Assembly (NCBI GenBank): GCA_963736875.1
Contig: CAVTQH010000002.1
Span: forward strand, 133,294 to 197,293
DNA from: Candidatus Amesbacteria bacterium
GTDB lineage: Bacteria > Patescibacteriota > Microgenomatia > CAZETR01 > Amesbacteraceae
Length of the DNA: 64,000 nt
Direction: 5' to 3'
Part shown: piece by piece, positions 41,150 through 53,183 of the stretch
How the letters are laid out: each line of letters starts with the position of its first letter
How positions within the stretch are numbered: the first letter of the stretch is position 1
Position numbers and translations under genes: made by a program
The notes under the pieces: model-generated
The model's database searches: none
The model's input: the letters and a program-made list of their open reading frames with translations, nothing else
What the model was told of the DNA's origin: nothing

Positions 41150-41546
41150 TTCCGAAATACTTTTTCACTTTTTCAGGCCAGAGAGCAATTGCTTCTGCAG
41201 AAACAATATTTTTTACTTCGTCAATCTTTACCCAACCAGCTTTACTCAGGTCGCTACCCGCAGTCAACTTTTCCTGTCCGAATACCCTCACCTCATACCA
41301 GGCCAGACTGGTCCCATGGGGAGTAGTATTGGATTCCAGGAAAATAAAACCGTTAACTTTAATCCCCAATTCCTCAAGCGCTCCGCGTTTGATTGCATCA
41401 AGATCTTTTTCCCCTGGGTTTTTGGTTTCTCCCGGCAGGTGCCACATCTCTGACAAAAAACTTCCTTCCTTGCGGCTCTTTTTTCCTACTGCCACTTCGG
41501 TTCCGTCGCTTGAAAGAATTATCATTGCCACGGCTTCTTTGCTCAT
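41142..41546 (-). CDS. NUDIX hydrolase-like protein
   Basis: WHLPGE...GE....AIKRGALEELGI (degenerate Nudix box). Confidence 0.75.
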   Translation of the reverse strand: MSKEAVAMIILSSDGTEVAVGKKSRKEGSFLSEMWHLPGETKNPGEKDLDAIKRGALEELGIKVNGFIFLESNTTPHGTSLAWYEVRVFGQEKLTAGSDLSKAGWVKIDEVKNIVSAEAIALWPEKVKKYFGIT

Positions 41547-41567
41547 CGGGGGGATTATAATACAGTC
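41547..41567. promoter_or_regulatory. Shared palindromic -10 element for two divergent genes
   Basis: ATTATAAT at 41554-41561 reads TATAAT on both strands, 6 and 7 nt before each ATG. Confidence 0.7.
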
Positions 41568-41945
41568 ATGAATTATTTAGGACTAGATTACGGGACGAGA
41601 CATCTGGGTATAGCCCTGGCCGCCGGCCCTTTGGCAGAACCGCTTACTTCCGTTGCCACTTCCGAAGCTTTCCGCATTCTTCCCCGTTTAATTGAGACCC
41701 ATCAGATAAAAAGCATCATTATCGGTCTGGCTGAAGGACCAATCCGCCCGGATCTTGAAAAATTCATTCACCGGTTAAAAATCCTGGGTTGTCCCGTAAT
41801 TACCCACGAAGAGACTTTATCCACCCGGGACGCTGTCAGAAGTCTTTTGCACACCACTAAATCCAGAAGAAAAGCCAGAGAGCATTCCGCGGCAGCCGCT
41901 CTGATTCTCCAATCCTGGCTTGACTCCGGACACCCCCGAGAGTAA
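41568..41945 (+). CDS. yqgF: YqgF/RuvX pre-16S rRNA nuclease
   Basis: LGLDYG.RHLGIA, EETLST, AAALILQSWL. Confidence 0.88.
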   Translation: MNYLGLDYGTRHLGIALAAGPLAEPLTSVATSEAFRILPRLIETHQIKSIIIGLAEGPIRPDLEKFIHRLKILGCPVITHEETLSTRDAVRSLLHTTKSRRKAREHSAAAALILQSWLDSGHPRE

Positions 41946-41954
41946 AGTCAATTC

Positions 41955-42155
41955 ATGTTCAAAAATGTCATTGCTCCGGTTCAGGCCTGGCTTTTATCCC
42001 AGGGCAGATGTGTCGGTTGCGGTGCCGAGCTTTCGGAAGGCAAAAAAACCCAAAGCGACAAAGGTGACAAAATCACCTGCGGTAAATGCGGCCGGATTTT
42101 CATTAAGGACGCAACTACCGGAAAATATCGCCGCGCTCTCTTTGAGGAAGTATAA
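41955..42155 (+). CDS. Small zinc-ribbon protein
   Basis: CVGC...CGKC; fills the yqgF-mltG gap once the mltG start is corrected. Confidence 0.7.
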   Translation: MFKNVIAPVQAWLLSQGRCVGCGAELSEGKKTQSDKGDKITCGKCGRIFIKDATTGKYRRALFEEV

Positions 42156-42162
42156 TCACTTC

Positions 42163-43125
42163 GTGAAATATTTTTTTGCCGCTTTGCTGTTGCTTTTTGT
42201 TGTTATCCTGTCACTTGGTTTTTGGTATGGGTATCAGGTTTATTACAATCCCCGTCCTGCCGAAATACTGGTCCGGTTTTCCGTAGCTCCCAAAGAATCT
42301 GCCTCATCCATTATTTCCCGTTTAAAATCGGAAAATTTAATCCGGTCGGAAATTGCTATGAAAGTGTACCTTCGCCTTAATAATTTGGCCCAAAAATTAA
42401 AACCCGGCGGATATCAGATTTCGCGGGGTTTTACCCCCGAACGGATAATTGACGAACTTATCAAAGGCCCCAGGGATATTTGGGTTACCATTCCCGAAGG
42501 CTGGCGCAGGGAACAGATTGCCGCCCGTCTCAAAAACTCCCTAAAAAACTTCGATCCTTACGAATTCGACACTGTTTCAGCCCCTTACGAAGGGCAGCTG
42601 TTTCCCGACACCTATCTTATTCCTGCCGAGGCCATCTCCTCGGATATCCTGCAGATATTTCTCAAAAACTTTTCCAAAAAAACCGGCTTGAATCCGGCTG
42701 TGGCCGGGGATCGCCGGATTATGATTCTGGCTTCACTAGTCGAACGGGAAGCCAAATCCGACCCGGACAGGCAGATAATTGCCGGAATTCTTCAGAAACG
42801 TCTGGATAACAACTGGCCGCTTCAGGTGGATGCCTCTGTTCAGTATGCCGTTTCTACCAAATCCTGCATGGCTACCCCCATCGATCAGTGCGACTGGTGG
42901 CAGGAAATCTTCGATACCAAATATCCGTCGCTTTACAATACCTATCTGTATCCCGGCCTGCCTCCGGGCCCGGTATGCAATCCCGGTTTAGCCTCAATTA
43001 ATGCGGTCCGGGCACCGCAAACATCACCATATTGGTATTACATTACGGGATCAGACGGGATCACCCGGTATGCCGAAAACTTATCAGCACATAATCTTAA
43101 TATTGACAAATATTTAAAACCCTGA
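42163..43125 (+). CDS. mltG: Endolytic transglycosylase MltG
   Basis: TM anchor, VTIPEG, EGQLFPDTY, ASLVERE, LQVDA, YNTY..GLPPGPVCNPG; GTG start 6 nt after TATAAT. Confidence 0.94.
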   Translation: MKYFFAALLLLFVVILSLGFWYGYQVYYNPRPAEILVRFSVAPKESASSIISRLKSENLIRSEIAMKVYLRLNNLAQKLKPGGYQISRGFTPERIIDELIKGPRDIWVTIPEGWRREQIAARLKNSLKNFDPYEFDTVSAPYEGQLFPDTYLIPAEAISSDILQIFLKNFSKKTGLNPAVAGDRRIMILASLVEREAKSDPDRQIIAGILQKRLDNNWPLQVDASVQYAVSTKSCMATPIDQCDWWQEIFDTKYPSLYNTYLYPGLPPGPVCNPGLASINAVRAPQTSPYWYYITGSDGITRYAENLSAHNLNIDKYLKP

Positions 43126-43195
43126 TATAAACTTCAGCACTGTCTGTGGCTATCAAGTTAGCCAAGTTTGTTGCGCTTAAAGCGCCTTTTTGTTT
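43103..43195 (+). promoter_or_regulatory. Sigma70 promoter and two-hairpin leader of rpoB
   Basis: TTGACA-N17-TATAAA (43103-43131, with TG extension); TGGCTA/TAGCCA; GCGCT-TAA-AGCGC followed by a T-rich tract. Confidence 0.7.
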
Positions 43196-43215
43196 TCTCA
43201 CCCTTAGATTACCAG

Positions 43216-46200
43216 ATGCCTAAATCAAGCCGTCTTTTTTGGGGAAAGACTTACCCTAGTCTCCCCACTTTAAACCTAAATCAACTTCAGAAGGATTCCT
43301 GGAAGTGGTTTCTTGAAAACGGGATTAAAGAAGGATTGGCTGAAATTTCCCCCGTCGAAGATTTTACAGGTAAAAATTGGGTATTGGAGTTTCACGGTTA
43401 TTCCGTGGAAAAACCCACTATTTCTCCCCACCAGGCTCTTTCAAAGGGACTGACTTTTTCCTCGGCTCTCCGGGTTTCCACAAAACTTACCAATCTTCAG
43501 ACTGCCAAATCCACTACCGGGGAAGTGTTTTTGGGAGATATTCCCCAAATGACCGACCGGGGCACTTTTATCGTCAACGGAGTTGAACGGGCGGTCATCA
43601 ATCAGATTGTCCGTTCACCCGGAGCTTATTTCGGAGCTGAATTGGATCCGGCCACCGGCCGGGTTTTACATACGGCCGAACTCAGACCGATCCGTGGTAC
43701 CTGGCTGGAGTTTGAAGTATCCCGTAATGACATCATTTCCGTTCGGATTGACCGGCGCCGGAAATTCGTTGCCACCACTCTTTTACGGGCCATGGGTTTG
43801 TCATCCGATGAACAGCTGACCGATCTTTTCAAAGAGGTCAGTACCGATCCCCAGCGCACTTATATTGAGAATACCCTGGCCAAAGACCCCACTCACAACA
43901 CTGAAGAAGCCTTAATCGAAATTTACAAAAAAATGCGCCCCGGAGAGCCGATTGTTTTGGATAACGCCCAAAAACTGCTTTTTGACCTCTTTTTCAACTC
44001 CCGCCGTTACGATTTAGGTCAGGTCGGGCGCTATAAGTTAAATAAAAAATTCGGCCTGGATTCGGATCAGCAGTTTCTGACCAGGGACGATCTGGTCATG
44101 GCAGTCAAATACCTCATAAATCTCCAAAACGGTCAGGGAAAAATCGACGATATTGATCACCTGGCCAACCGCCGCATCAGAAGTGTGGGTGAGTTGGTCA
44201 GCCAGACGGCTTTTCGCGACGGCCTTTTGCGTCTGGAAAGAACCATCAAGGAAAAGATGAGTCTTGTCTCCACCGAAGATTTGGTCTCCCCGACACAGTT
44301 GGTCAATGCCAGGCCTGTGATTGCTGCCATAAACGAGTTTTTCAGAAGTTCACAGCTTTCCCAAATTTTAGAACAAACAAATCCTCTTTCGGAAATTGAC
44401 CACTTGCGCCGTCTGACCGTCATGGGCAGAGGGGGAATTACCCGGGAACGGGCTTCATTCAGCATCAGGGATGTTAACAGCAGCCAGTACGGGCGCATCG
44501 ACCCCGTCCGTTCACCCGAGGGTACCAACATCGGTCTGGTTACTTATTTAGCCCTGTTCTCCCGGGTAAATCATCTGGGATTTCTTGAATCCCCTTACCG
44601 GAAATTAATCAAAGAAAAGGCGGGTGGGAAAACCCGGGTCAGGATCAGTGACGAAATAGTATATCTTTCCGCTGATGATGAAGAGGGATATCATGTCTCC
44701 CATGCCGATATTCATATCGACCCCAAAGGTTATATCCAGGAAGAATGGCTGCCCATCAGATACCAGGGTGACTTTTCCGAAGGTCCGGTTTCTGCAGTTG
44801 ACCTGATTGATGCTGTTCCCCGCCAGGTCGTCGGAGCTTCAGCCTCCCTGATTCCTTTTTTAGCAAACGATGCTGCCAACAGAGCCCTGATGGGTGCCAA
44901 TATGCAGACCCAGGCTGTCCCTCTTCTCCAGCCTGAAAGTCCGGTGGTGGGCACCGGTATGGAAAAAGACATCGCTTTTTCCATGGGCTGGTGTGTTTAC
45001 GTCCGCCACCCGGGCACCGTGACTTATGTCGACGCCGACAAAGTGGTGGTAAAACTGGACAAAAAACCCGAAAAAGCGGAACCTGAGGAAAACATTACTT
45101 TAAAAGGGGATACGGAAACATATTTCTTAACCAAATTTAAACGCACCTCTCAAAGTTCCTGTTTCAACCAGCGTCCGGTTGTGTCCATGGGTCAGAAAAT
45201 CACCAAAGGCCAGCTGATTATCGATGGTCCTGCAGCTGAAGGCGGGGAACTGGCTTTGGGAAGAAACCTGGTAATTGCTTATACCTCCTTCGAGGGTCTG
45301 GGATACGAAGATGCTATTGCCATTTCCGAACATTTGGTCCGGGATGATATTCTGACATCGATTCATATTGAAGAACACGAAGCGGATGTTGTCGATACCA
45401 AATTAGGTCCGGAGGAGCTGACCCGGGATATTCCGAATGTTGGCGAAATCTATCTGGCCAATTTGGATGCGGAAGGTGTTGTCACTATCGGGTCGGAAGT
45501 TAGTCCTAATGACATATTAGTCGGTAAAATCGCTCCCAAAGGAGAAACTGAACTATCCGCGGAAGAAAGGTTGCTCCGTGCAATATTCGGGGAAAAAGCC
45601 AGGGATGTCCGGGATACTTCCCTGCGTATGCCTCATGGCGAACGGGGAATTGTAGTTGAAGTTCAGATTTTGGACCGCGAAAGCGGAGACGAACTTCCCC
45701 CGGGAGTCAATAAACGGGTTATAGTCAAGGTCGCCCAGATCAGAAAAATCAGTGTCGGCGACAAACTGGCGGGACGCCATGGAAATAAAGGGGTAATCAG
45801 CCGGATTATTCCCGTCGCTGACATGCCTTATTTGCCCGATGGCACGCCGGTGGATATATTAATTTCTCCCATTTCCGTTCTTTCCCGGATGAATTTGGGA
45901 CAGCTTCTGGAAGCCCGTCTTGGATGGGCGATGAGTAAGCTTGGTAAAAAAGTGGCAGTTCCCGCTTTTGAAAAAATTCCTGAAGACCAAATTGCCCAAA
46001 GTATGTCTGAGGCCGATCTGCCGGTTTCCGGCAAGGTCACTCTCTATCACGGCCGGACCGGAAAACCTTTCGAAGAACCGACCGTGGTAGGTATCGGGTA
46101 CATTATGAAGCTTCACCACATGGTAGAAGATAAAACCCACGCCCGGTCTACCGGTCCTTACTCTCTGGTTACCCAGCAGCCACTGGGAGGCAAGGCCCAA

Positions 46201-46572
46201 ATGGGAGGACAGCGTTTGGGTGAAATGGAAGTTTGGGCCCTGGAAGCACATAAAGCCGCTCATACTCTTCAGGAAATGTTAACTATTAAGTCGGATGACG
46301 TGGTGGGACGGGCCAAGGCTTTCGAGGCCATCGTTAAAGGTACCGAAATTCCCACCAGTTCTGTTCCCGAATCATTTAATGTTTTGGTCAAGGAATTACA
46401 AAGTTTGGGGTTACAGGTCATCCCCCTGGGAGTCAAAATCAAATCCGATACCGCATCCGCTCCCGCAGACGATAGTATTGTTGCCGACAGCGCCGTTCAT
46501 TCCACCGCTTTCAGTACCATAGTTGCGGCGGATTTGACCGGGGATTCTTTAGATACCAAGGAGGAACTCTGA
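43216..46572 (+). CDS. rpoB: RNA polymerase beta subunit
   Basis: [53 protein letters not shown]. Confidence 0.99.
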   Translation: MPKSSRLFWGKTYPSLPTLNLNQLQKDSWKWFLENGIKEGLAEISPVEDFTGKNWVLEFHGYSVEKPTISPHQALSKGLTFSSALRVSTKLTNLQTAKSTTGEVFLGDIPQMTDRGTFIVNGVERAVINQIVRSPGAYFGAELDPATGRVLHTAELRPIRGTWLEFEVSRNDIISVRIDRRRKFVATTLLRAMGLSSDEQLTDLFKEVSTDPQRTYIENTLAKDPTHNTEEALIEIYKKMRPGEPIVLDNAQKLLFDLFFNSRRYDLGQVGRYKLNKKFGLDSDQQFLTRDDLVMAVKYLINLQNGQGKIDDIDHLANRRIRSVGELVSQTAFRDGLLRLERTIKEKMSLVSTEDLVSPTQLVNARPVIAAINEFFRSSQLSQILEQTNPLSEIDHLRRLTVMGRGGITRERASFSIRDVNSSQYGRIDPVRSPEGTNIGLVTYLALFSRVNHLGFLESPYRKLIKEKAGGKTRVRISDEIVYLSADDEEGYHVSHADIHIDPKGYIQEEWLPIRYQGDFSEGPVSAVDLIDAVPRQVVGASASLIPFLANDAANRALMGANMQTQAVPLLQPESPVVGTGMEKDIAFSMGWCVYVRHPGTVTYVDADKVVVKLDKKPEKAEPEENITLKGDTETYFLTKFKRTSQSSCFNQRPVVSMGQKITKGQLIIDGPAAEGGELALGRNLVIAYTSFEGLGYEDAIAISEHLVRDDILTSIHIEEHEADVVDTKLGPEELTRDIPNVGEIYLANLDAEGVVTIGSEVSPNDILVGKIAPKGETELSAEERLLRAIFGEKARDVRDTSLRMPHGERGIVVEVQILDRESGDELPPGVNKRVIVKVAQIRKISVGDKLAGRHGNKGVISRIIPVADMPYLPDGTPVDILISPISVLSRMNLGQLLEARLGWAMSKLGKKVAVPAFEKIPEDQIAQSMSEADLPVSGKVTLYHGRTGKPFEEPTVVGIGYIMKLHHMVEDKTHARSTGPYSLVTQQPLGGKAQMGGQRLGEMEVWALEAHKAAHTLQEMLTIKSDDVVGRAKAFEAIVKGTEIPTSSVPESFNVLVKELQSLGLQVIPLGVKIKSDTASAPADDSIVADSAVHSTAFSTIVAADLTGDSLDTKEEL

Positions 46573-46573
46573 T

Positions 46574-49500
46574 ATGCCACAGGCAAAAACACCGGCTTAT
46601 TCGGATTCTTTTAAAAACATTCTTGATTTTACGGGTCTGCAATTAAAACTTGCCTCTCCTGAAGTCATTAAAACCTGGTCTCATGGGGAAATTACCAAAC
46701 CGGAAACAATCAATTACCGCACCCTTCGACCGGAAAAAGACGGGCTTTTTGATGAACGGATTTTCGGTCCGGTAAAAGACTGGGAATGTTATTGCGGCAA
46801 ATACAAACGTATCCGCTATAAGGGTATAGTTTGTGATAAGTGCGGAGTTGAAGTTACTCACTCCCGGGTTCGCCGTGAACGCATGGGTCATATTACCCTG
46901 GCTTGTCCGGTATCCCATGTTTGGTATTTCAAAGGTTCACCGTCACGGCTTTCACTGCTTTTGGACATTGCTCCCAAAGCTCTTGAATCGGTGATTTACT
47001 TTGCCCAATATATCGTCATTTCGGTTGACGAATCCCAAAAGCAGAAAACCCTCACCCGGTTACAGAAAGAGATGCTCGGGAAAAAAGAAGATATCAGCAC
47101 GGAATCCGCCAAAAAAATTACCGATCTCGAAAAAGGTTCTGCCAAAGAAGAGTCGGCAATCAAAGCCCAGAATTTGAGTGAGGATGCCCTCGCCATGGCC
47201 CTGGAACAGCTTCGTTTAAAGTCCAAACAGGCCGTGCAAAACCTGAAAGATCAGGAAACACTGGAGATTGAAAAAGTGGCCAGTCTGTACCAGCGTCTGG
47301 TGGATATTGTGCAGAGCACCAAATCAACCAGTGTCATCAGCGAAGATGAATACTTAAAGCTTCTGGAATACAATGCCATCGATTTTGCCACGCTCGGCAT
47401 GGGAGCGGAAGCTCTTCTGGAAGTCATTAAAAATCTTGATTTACCCACTCTGGCTAACGAGCTTCGCCAGGAAGTAATCAATACTTCCGGTCAGCGTCAT
47501 ATCAAAGCCACCAAGAGATTACGGGTGGCAGACGGTCTGCGCCGGGCCGACATCAGCCCTTCCTGGATGATACTTAAAACTCTTCCTGTTATTCCGCCGG
47601 ATCTTCGCCCCATGGTTCAGCTCTCCGGAGGCCGGTTTGCCACTTCGGATCTGAATGATTTATACCGCCGGGTGATAAATCGTAATAACCGGCTCAAACA
47701 TTTAATTGACCTGGGGGCTCCGGAAATTATTTTAAGAAATGAAAAACGTATGCTTCAGGAAGCGGTTGATGCGCTGATTGATTCTTCCCAGCGTACCGCC
47801 AGAAGCACCCGTGTTCCCGTCCAGGCAAAATCCAAATCCCTGTCTGATATTTTGCGCGGTAAACAGGGCAGATTCCGCCAAAATCTTTTGGGAAAACGGG
47901 TCGATTATTCCGGCAGGTCGGTTATCGTTGTCGGTCCGGAATTAAAAATCAATCAGTGCGGTTTGCCCAAAGAAATGGCTTTGGAGATGTTTAAGCCTTT
48001 CGTATTAAGACAAATGATTGTCCAGGGGTTAGCTCCCAACGTCAAATCCGCAAAAAATCTGCTGGAATCAAGACCACCCGAAGTTTTTGATATTTTGGAA
48101 AGTATTACCAAAAACCATCCGGTGCTTTTAAACAGAGCCCCCACACTGCATAAGCTGTCAATTCAGGCTTTTTATCCGATTCTCATCGAGGGATCGGCCA
48201 TCCATATCCATCCCTGTATCTGTGCCGGTTTTAACGCCGACTTTGACGGAGACCAGATGGCGGTTCATGTTCCTTTGAGCAAAGAGGCAATTGAAGAAGT
48301 TGAGGAGTTAATGACCCCCCAGAGTAACCTGCGAAAACCCGCGGACGGTACTCCGATATCAGTCCCTTCCACCAAGGAAATTGCCCTGGGTTTTTACTAC
48401 CTGACTTCCACGGATCCCAGACTGAGTCTTCACCCGGGGATATTTAGCAACAGTGAAGAAGCCATTGTTGCCTACCACACCGGGCATATCAGACTCCGGC
48501 AGGAAATTAAAGTGGTAATAGACAAAAAAATACTGCAGACCACCGTTGGCCGGATTCTGTTTAACGAGAAACTCCCGGGGGAGTTGCAGTTTGTTAATGA
48601 AGCCGTCAAAAGAGCTACCATGGTTAAACTTTTTGATAAAGCCTTTAAATTATTTGACGCATCTACCATTGCCAAATTAATTGATGACATTAAAAATATC
48701 GGATTTTGGGCAGGAACTCTGTCGGGCATCTCGGTCAGTATCACCGACTGTATTATCTCTCCCAAAAAAGAGGAAAACATTGCATTAGCCAATTCCCGCG
48801 TGGTGGAAATCAACTCCAATTTCTCCATGGGTCTGATAACCGCCGAGGAAAGACGCCGTCTTACCCAGGAAGTATGGTTGGACACCACCGAAACATTAGC
48901 CGACCAGACATGGCAGCTTTTTGATGAAAATAATCCCATCAGGATTATTATTGATGCCGGAGCGGGTAAGGCATCAAAGGAACAGGTTCGTCAGCTTTCG
49001 GCCATGAGAGGTCTGGTGGTTGATCCCCTGGGCAGAATTGTGGACTTACCTCTGAAAAGTAATTATCGTCAGGGCTTCTCTTCTTTTGAATATGTTTCAG
49101 CCGCCCGCGGAGAACGTAAAGGCCTTTCCGATACCGCTGTCCGCACAGCCGACGCCGGTTACCTGACACGCCGTTTAGTCGACGTGGCCCACGACGCCAT
49201 CATCAGGATCCAGGACTGTGCCACCAAAAACGGACTTACCATTTACAAAAATAACCGACGGGCAAAATCTTTTTCGAGCCGGATTTTCAGCCGGGTGTTG
49301 GCAGCCAATATAGTCTCTCCCAAAACTAAAAAAGTTCTGATTCCCAAAGGCGAAATCCTTGACGATCAAAAAGTGGAGCAGATTATTTCCGAGGGTATTG
49401 AAGAAGTAACAGTCAGGTCCCCGCTCACCTGTGAAGCCAAATATGGGATATGTGCCACCTGCTATGGGTGGAGTTTGGCCAGTATGGCTATGGCTCAGAT

Positions 49501-50311
49501 CGGGGATCCGGTGGGAGTCATCGCCGCCCAGAGTATCGGTGAGCCGGGAACTCAGATGACCCTTCACGGTAAAAGAGGCGGTTTGTCGGTGGGAAGCATT
49601 GACGTGACTCAGGGTTTGCCCAGGGTCGAAGAATTATTCGAAGCCCGGACTCCGAAACTGGTCTCACCTCTGGCTGAAATTTCCGGTAAAGCCGAGGTCA
49701 TGGAAACCGATGAGGGTTACAAGGTGCGTATCAGAAACACTTCGGTTAAGCCCATTGAAGAAAGGGAATATATCATTCCTCTGGCTGCCGAGCTCAAAGT
49801 GGCCGACGGAAATTTGGTCACGGCAGGGGAGCAACTGGCTTCGGGATCCCTGGATATTAAGGAAGTACTGGAGGTCAGGGGTTTGCGCGGATCCCAGGAA
49901 TATCTGATCGAAGAGATTCAGCTGGTTTATGAATCTCAGGGTGTACCGATTCAGGATAAGCATTTCGAAGTCATCGTCCGGAAAATGAGTGATCGGGTAA
50001 GAATTCTCTCCCAGGGGGATACTATTCTTCTTCCCGGTGACATTATCGACCGTGCGGCTTTTGAAACTGAAAACACCAAGGTCTTGGCAGCGGGAGGAGA
50101 ACCGGCTACCGCCCAGGTAGTCGTTCTGGGAATCACCCGGGCTGCCCTCAAAACCAGTTCCTGGCTGTCAGCGGCTTCATTTATTGAAACCACTTCCCAG
50201 CTGGCTGAAGCCGCGGTTGAAGGTAAAATTGATACCCTTATAGGTCTTAAGGAAAACGTGATTATCGGGCGGTTAATTCCTACCAGCCCGGAGCGGGCAG
50301 CTATCCTTTAA
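46574..50311 (+). CDS. rpoC: RNA polymerase beta' subunit
   Basis: [42 protein letters not shown]. Confidence 0.99.
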   Translation: MPQAKTPAYSDSFKNILDFTGLQLKLASPEVIKTWSHGEITKPETINYRTLRPEKDGLFDERIFGPVKDWECYCGKYKRIRYKGIVCDKCGVEVTHSRVRRERMGHITLACPVSHVWYFKGSPSRLSLLLDIAPKALESVIYFAQYIVISVDESQKQKTLTRLQKEMLGKKEDISTESAKKITDLEKGSAKEESAIKAQNLSEDALAMALEQLRLKSKQAVQNLKDQETLEIEKVASLYQRLVDIVQSTKSTSVISEDEYLKLLEYNAIDFATLGMGAEALLEVIKNLDLPTLANELRQEVINTSGQRHIKATKRLRVADGLRRADISPSWMILKTLPVIPPDLRPMVQLSGGRFATSDLNDLYRRVINRNNRLKHLIDLGAPEIILRNEKRMLQEAVDALIDSSQRTARSTRVPVQAKSKSLSDILRGKQGRFRQNLLGKRVDYSGRSVIVVGPELKINQCGLPKEMALEMFKPFVLRQMIVQGLAPNVKSAKNLLESRPPEVFDILESITKNHPVLLNRAPTLHKLSIQAFYPILIEGSAIHIHPCICAGFNADFDGDQMAVHVPLSKEAIEEVEELMTPQSNLRKPADGTPISVPSTKEIALGFYYLTSTDPRLSLHPGIFSNSEEAIVAYHTGHIRLRQEIKVVIDKKILQTTVGRILFNEKLPGELQFVNEAVKRATMVKLFDKAFKLFDASTIAKLIDDIKNIGFWAGTLSGISVSITDCIISPKKEENIALANSRVVEINSNFSMGLITAEERRRLTQEVWLDTTETLADQTWQLFDENNPIRIIIDAGAGKASKEQVRQLSAMRGLVVDPLGRIVDLPLKSNYRQGFSSFEYVSAARGERKGLSDTAVRTADAGYLTRRLVDVAHDAIIRIQDCATKNGLTIYKNNRRAKSFSSRIFSRVLAANIVSPKTKKVLIPKGEILDDQKVEQIISEGIEEVTVRSPLTCEAKYGICATCYGWSLASMAMAQIGDPVGVIAAQSIGEPGTQMTLHGKRGGLSVGSIDVTQGLPRVEELFEARTPKLVSPLAEISGKAEVMETDEGYKVRIRNTSVKPIEEREYIIPLAAELKVADGNLVTAGEQLASGSLDIKEVLEVRGLRGSQEYLIEEIQLVYESQGVPIQDKHFEVIVRKMSDRVRILSQGDTILLPGDIIDRAAFETENTKVLAAGGEPATAQVVVLGITRAALKTSSWLSAASFIETTSQLAEAAVEGKIDTLIGLKENVIIGRLIPTSPERAAIL

Positions 50312-50337
50312 TTTATTATCGAATATAATTAATCCTC

Positions 50338-50772
50338 ATGCCGACTGTTAACCAACTAATCAGAAAACCCCGCCGCCTGAAAATTAAAAAAATTAAGGCT
50401 ACGGCTCTCCGCCGTTCATTTAATGCCAAAGACCGGCGTTTTGTGCAGACGGTTAACCCCTTTAAAAGAGGAGTGGTCACCATTGTCAAAACCATGACTC
50501 CCAAAAAACCCAACTCTGCTTTGAGAAAAATTGCCCGGGTAAGACTGTCCAACAAAACGGAAGTTACGGCTTATATTCCCGGTATCGGCCATAATATTAC
50601 CGAGCACGGAATCGTTCTGGTCAGAGGCGGCAGGGTTAAAGACCTACCCGGAGTAAAATATCACATTATCAGGGGGAAGTTTGATTCCGGCGGGGTGGAA
50701 AATCGTAAACAGGGAAGATCTAAATACGGGACTAAAACCGTCTCCGGTCCCAAAGTTGCAGCTGCCAGCTGA
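50338..50772 (+). CDS. rpsL: 30S ribosomal protein S12
   Basis: [21 protein letters not shown]. Confidence 0.98.
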   Translation: MPTVNQLIRKPRRLKIKKIKATALRRSFNAKDRRFVQTVNPFKRGVVTIVKTMTPKKPNSALRKIARVRLSNKTEVTAYIPGIGHNITEHGIVLVRGGRVKDLPGVKYHIIRGKFDSGGVENRKQGRSKYGTKTVSGPKVAAAS

Positions 50773-50783
50773 CGGCCACAAAT

Positions 50784-51260
50784 ATGCGTTCAAAACCAGC
50801 TCCCATCAAAAACCTTACACCCGACCCTGTCTACAACTCGGTTATGATCACCAAACTCATTAATCGGGTAATGAAAGACGGAAAAAAGAATGCCGCTCAA
50901 AAACAGATATATCAGGCTATGGACCTGATCAAAGCCAAAACAGACCAGGAGCCCCTGTCGTTTTTCCAAACCGCTCTCGACAACATCAGACCTCAAATGG
51001 AAGTCCGCGCCCGCAGGATCGGAGGAGCAGCCTACCAGGTCCCCGTTCCGGTTCGGGGACCGCGAAAAGACTCCCTGGCTATCCGCTGGTTGATTTTTGC
51101 AGCCAAAAGCCGTCCCAGCACGGAATTTCATACTTTTGCCGAAAAACTCACCGCGGAGCTGATCGATGCGGCAAACAATACCGGTACGGCGGTCAAGAAA
51201 AAGTTAGATACTCATCGCATGGCTGAGGCAAATAAAGCTTTTGCTCATTTCAGGTGGTAA
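50784..51260 (+). CDS. rpsG: 30S ribosomal protein S7
   Basis: RRIGGAAYQVP, MAEANKAFAHFRW. Confidence 0.98.
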   Translation: MRSKPAPIKNLTPDPVYNSVMITKLINRVMKDGKKNAAQKQIYQAMDLIKAKTDQEPLSFFQTALDNIRPQMEVRARRIGGAAYQVPVPVRGPRKDSLAIRWLIFAAKSRPSTEFHTFAEKLTAELIDAANNTGTAVKKKLDTHRMAEANKAFAHFRW

Positions 51261-51264
51261 TCAT

Positions 51265-51864
51265 ATGAGTCATTACACCGGACCCAAAAACCGTTTATCC
51301 CGCCGCGAGGGATTCGATCTGTTCGGCAAAGGGAACAAATTACGCCGGAGCCAGGTTCCTCCCGGACAGCACGGAGCAAAGGGGAAAGCCCGGCTTTCTG
51401 ACTTCGGGGAACAGTTGCGCGAAAAGCAGAAAACTAAGAGAATTTATGGTATAATTGAAGGCCAGTTCAGAGGGTACTTTGAAAAAGCCAAAAAAGTTCG
51501 TGGCAAGACGGGTGAGCATCTGCTCGGTCTCTTGGAAACCAGGCTTGATAACGTCATATATCGCCTGGGATTTACTCCCACCCGGTCCATGGCCAGACAG
51601 CTTGTTTCCCACGGACACGTCCTGGTTAACGGTAAAGTTGTAAATTTCCCTTCCTACCAGACGGTAGCCGGGGAAACCATATCTCTTACCCGGACAGCCA
51701 TAGATATCCCTCAAGTAAGTTCCCGCCTGGCAAATTCCGAAATTAATCTCCCTGCCTGGCTTAAGCGTTCCGGCCCTCAGGGGCAGATTGTTGGCTCGCC
51801 CAAAAGGGAGGACATCGACAGCCCGATAAATGAGCAACTCATCGTGGAGTTTTACTCCCGCTGA
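51265..51864 (+). CDS. rpsD: 30S ribosomal protein S4
   Basis: QLREKQK, LETRLDNVIYRLG, ARQLVSHGH, LIVEFYSR. Confidence 0.97.
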   Translation: MSHYTGPKNRLSRREGFDLFGKGNKLRRSQVPPGQHGAKGKARLSDFGEQLREKQKTKRIYGIIEGQFRGYFEKAKKVRGKTGEHLLGLLETRLDNVIYRLGFTPTRSMARQLVSHGHVLVNGKVVNFPSYQTVAGETISLTRTAIDIPQVSSRLANSEINLPAWLKRSGPQGQIVGSPKREDIDSPINEQLIVEFYSR

Positions 51865-51876
51865 CAAACAAAAATT

Positions 51877-52794
51877 ATGATCAAACCCCAATTTACCATC
51901 AAAACCGAAGAAGAAAAACCGGAATATTCCAGGTTTATTATCGAACCTTTACCGCAGGGATTTGGTGACACTTTGGGTAATGGCTTAAGAAGGGTTTTAT
52001 ATACTGCAATCAGCGGATCGGCTATCACCAGCGTAAAAATCAGCGGGGTAAACCATCAATTTACCACCCTCGAGGGTCTGCGCGAGGACGTTGTCCAGCT
52101 CATCCTTTCTCTAAAACAGGTCAGACCCAGATATGCTGGTGACAAACCGGCAAAAATCACCCTGGAAGCGGTTGGTCCCGGAGAAATTACTGCTTCCCGG
52201 TTTGATACTCCTCCTGATGTTGTTATTACCAACCCGGATTTGGTGCTGGCACATCTGGCGGACAAAAATTCCAAACTGGAATTGGAAGCTACGGTGGAGT
52301 CGGGATTCGGTTACTCGGCGGCCGAAGAAAGAAAAAGTACCACCATCGGGGTTATTCCCATGGACGCCACTTTTACTCCGGTAATCAGGGTGAATTATCA
52401 TGTGGAAGCTACCCGGGTCGGCCGGATTACCGATTTTGACAAACTTATTCTGGAAATTTTTACCGACGGTACGGTTTCTCCCAAAGATGCGCTGGTTTCT
52501 GCAGCCCAGACTCTGGTTGATTACTTTTCCGGGATCGTAAACCCCGAATCCCCTGATGTTTTATCTCCCCTTTCATCTACTTCTAACCGGCCGCCGGTAG
52601 GTTCAAATATTTCCGTCGAGGAATTGGATTTACCCACCCGCATTGCCAATGCTCTCCAAAAAGCCGGTTTTCAGACGGTAGCCGATCTCTTGGCAGTATC
52701 CAAACCTCAGTTATCCAAGGTCAAAAATCTTGGCGGCAAGTCGGTAGATATTATTGAAAAGGCGCTTAAAGAGCGCGGTTTTGAACTTGCCTAA
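51877..52794 (+). CDS. rpoA: RNA polymerase alpha subunit
   Basis: EPLPQGFGDTLGNGLRR, DATFTPV, alpha-CTD KNLGGKS. Confidence 0.97.
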   Translation: MIKPQFTIKTEEEKPEYSRFIIEPLPQGFGDTLGNGLRRVLYTAISGSAITSVKISGVNHQFTTLEGLREDVVQLILSLKQVRPRYAGDKPAKITLEAVGPGEITASRFDTPPDVVITNPDLVLAHLADKNSKLELEATVESGFGYSAAEERKSTTIGVIPMDATFTPVIRVNYHVEATRVGRITDFDKLILEIFTDGTVSPKDALVSAAQTLVDYFSGIVNPESPDVLSPLSSTSNRPPVGSNISVEELDLPTRIANALQKAGFQTVADLLAVSKPQLSKVKNLGGKSVDIIEKALKERGFELA

Positions 52795-52802
52795 AGTGAA
52801 AC

Positions 52803-53183
52803 ATGCGTCACAGTGTTTTCGGAAAACAGCTCAATCGTGATACCGGACAGCGCCAAGCGTTATTGAAAGGATTGGCAGGGGCTCTTATCCGCTCCGAAGC
52901 AATCGAAACCACCGAAGCCAAAGCCAAAGCCGCTCAGGGTTTGATTGAAAAGCTCATCAACAAAGCCAAAACCGCCTCCCTGACTAACATCCGCCAAATT
53001 GAATCGGTAATTGCGGATAAAGCTCTGGTCCAAAAACTGGTGCAGGAGATTGCCCCCAGGTATAAAAACCGCTCCGGTGGATATCTGAAATTAACTAAAC
53101 TTGGTACCAGGACAGGTGACAATGCCCCGATAGTCAGAATGGAATTAACTGCTCCTCTCCCGAAAGCACCCGCCAAAAAATAA
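52803..53183 (+). CDS. rplQ: 50S ribosomal protein L17
   Basis: MRH, IETTEAKAK, RSGGY, GDNAP. Confidence 0.97.
   Translation: MRHSVFGKQLNRDTGQRQALLKGLAGALIRSEAIETTEAKAKAAQGLIEKLINKAKTASLTNIRQIESVIADKALVQKLVQEIAPRYKNRSGGYLKLTKLGTRTGDNAPIVRMELTAPLPKAPAKK

Noticed and set aside
41920-42162. 81-aa N-terminal extension of MltG in the ORF track
   Set aside because: Overlaps yqgF and the zinc-ribbon ORF; the GTG at 42163 directly precedes the TM anchor
47020-47330. Coiled-coil insertion in RpoC possibly being an intein
   Set aside because: No intein splice motifs; fits a lineage-specific beta' insertion
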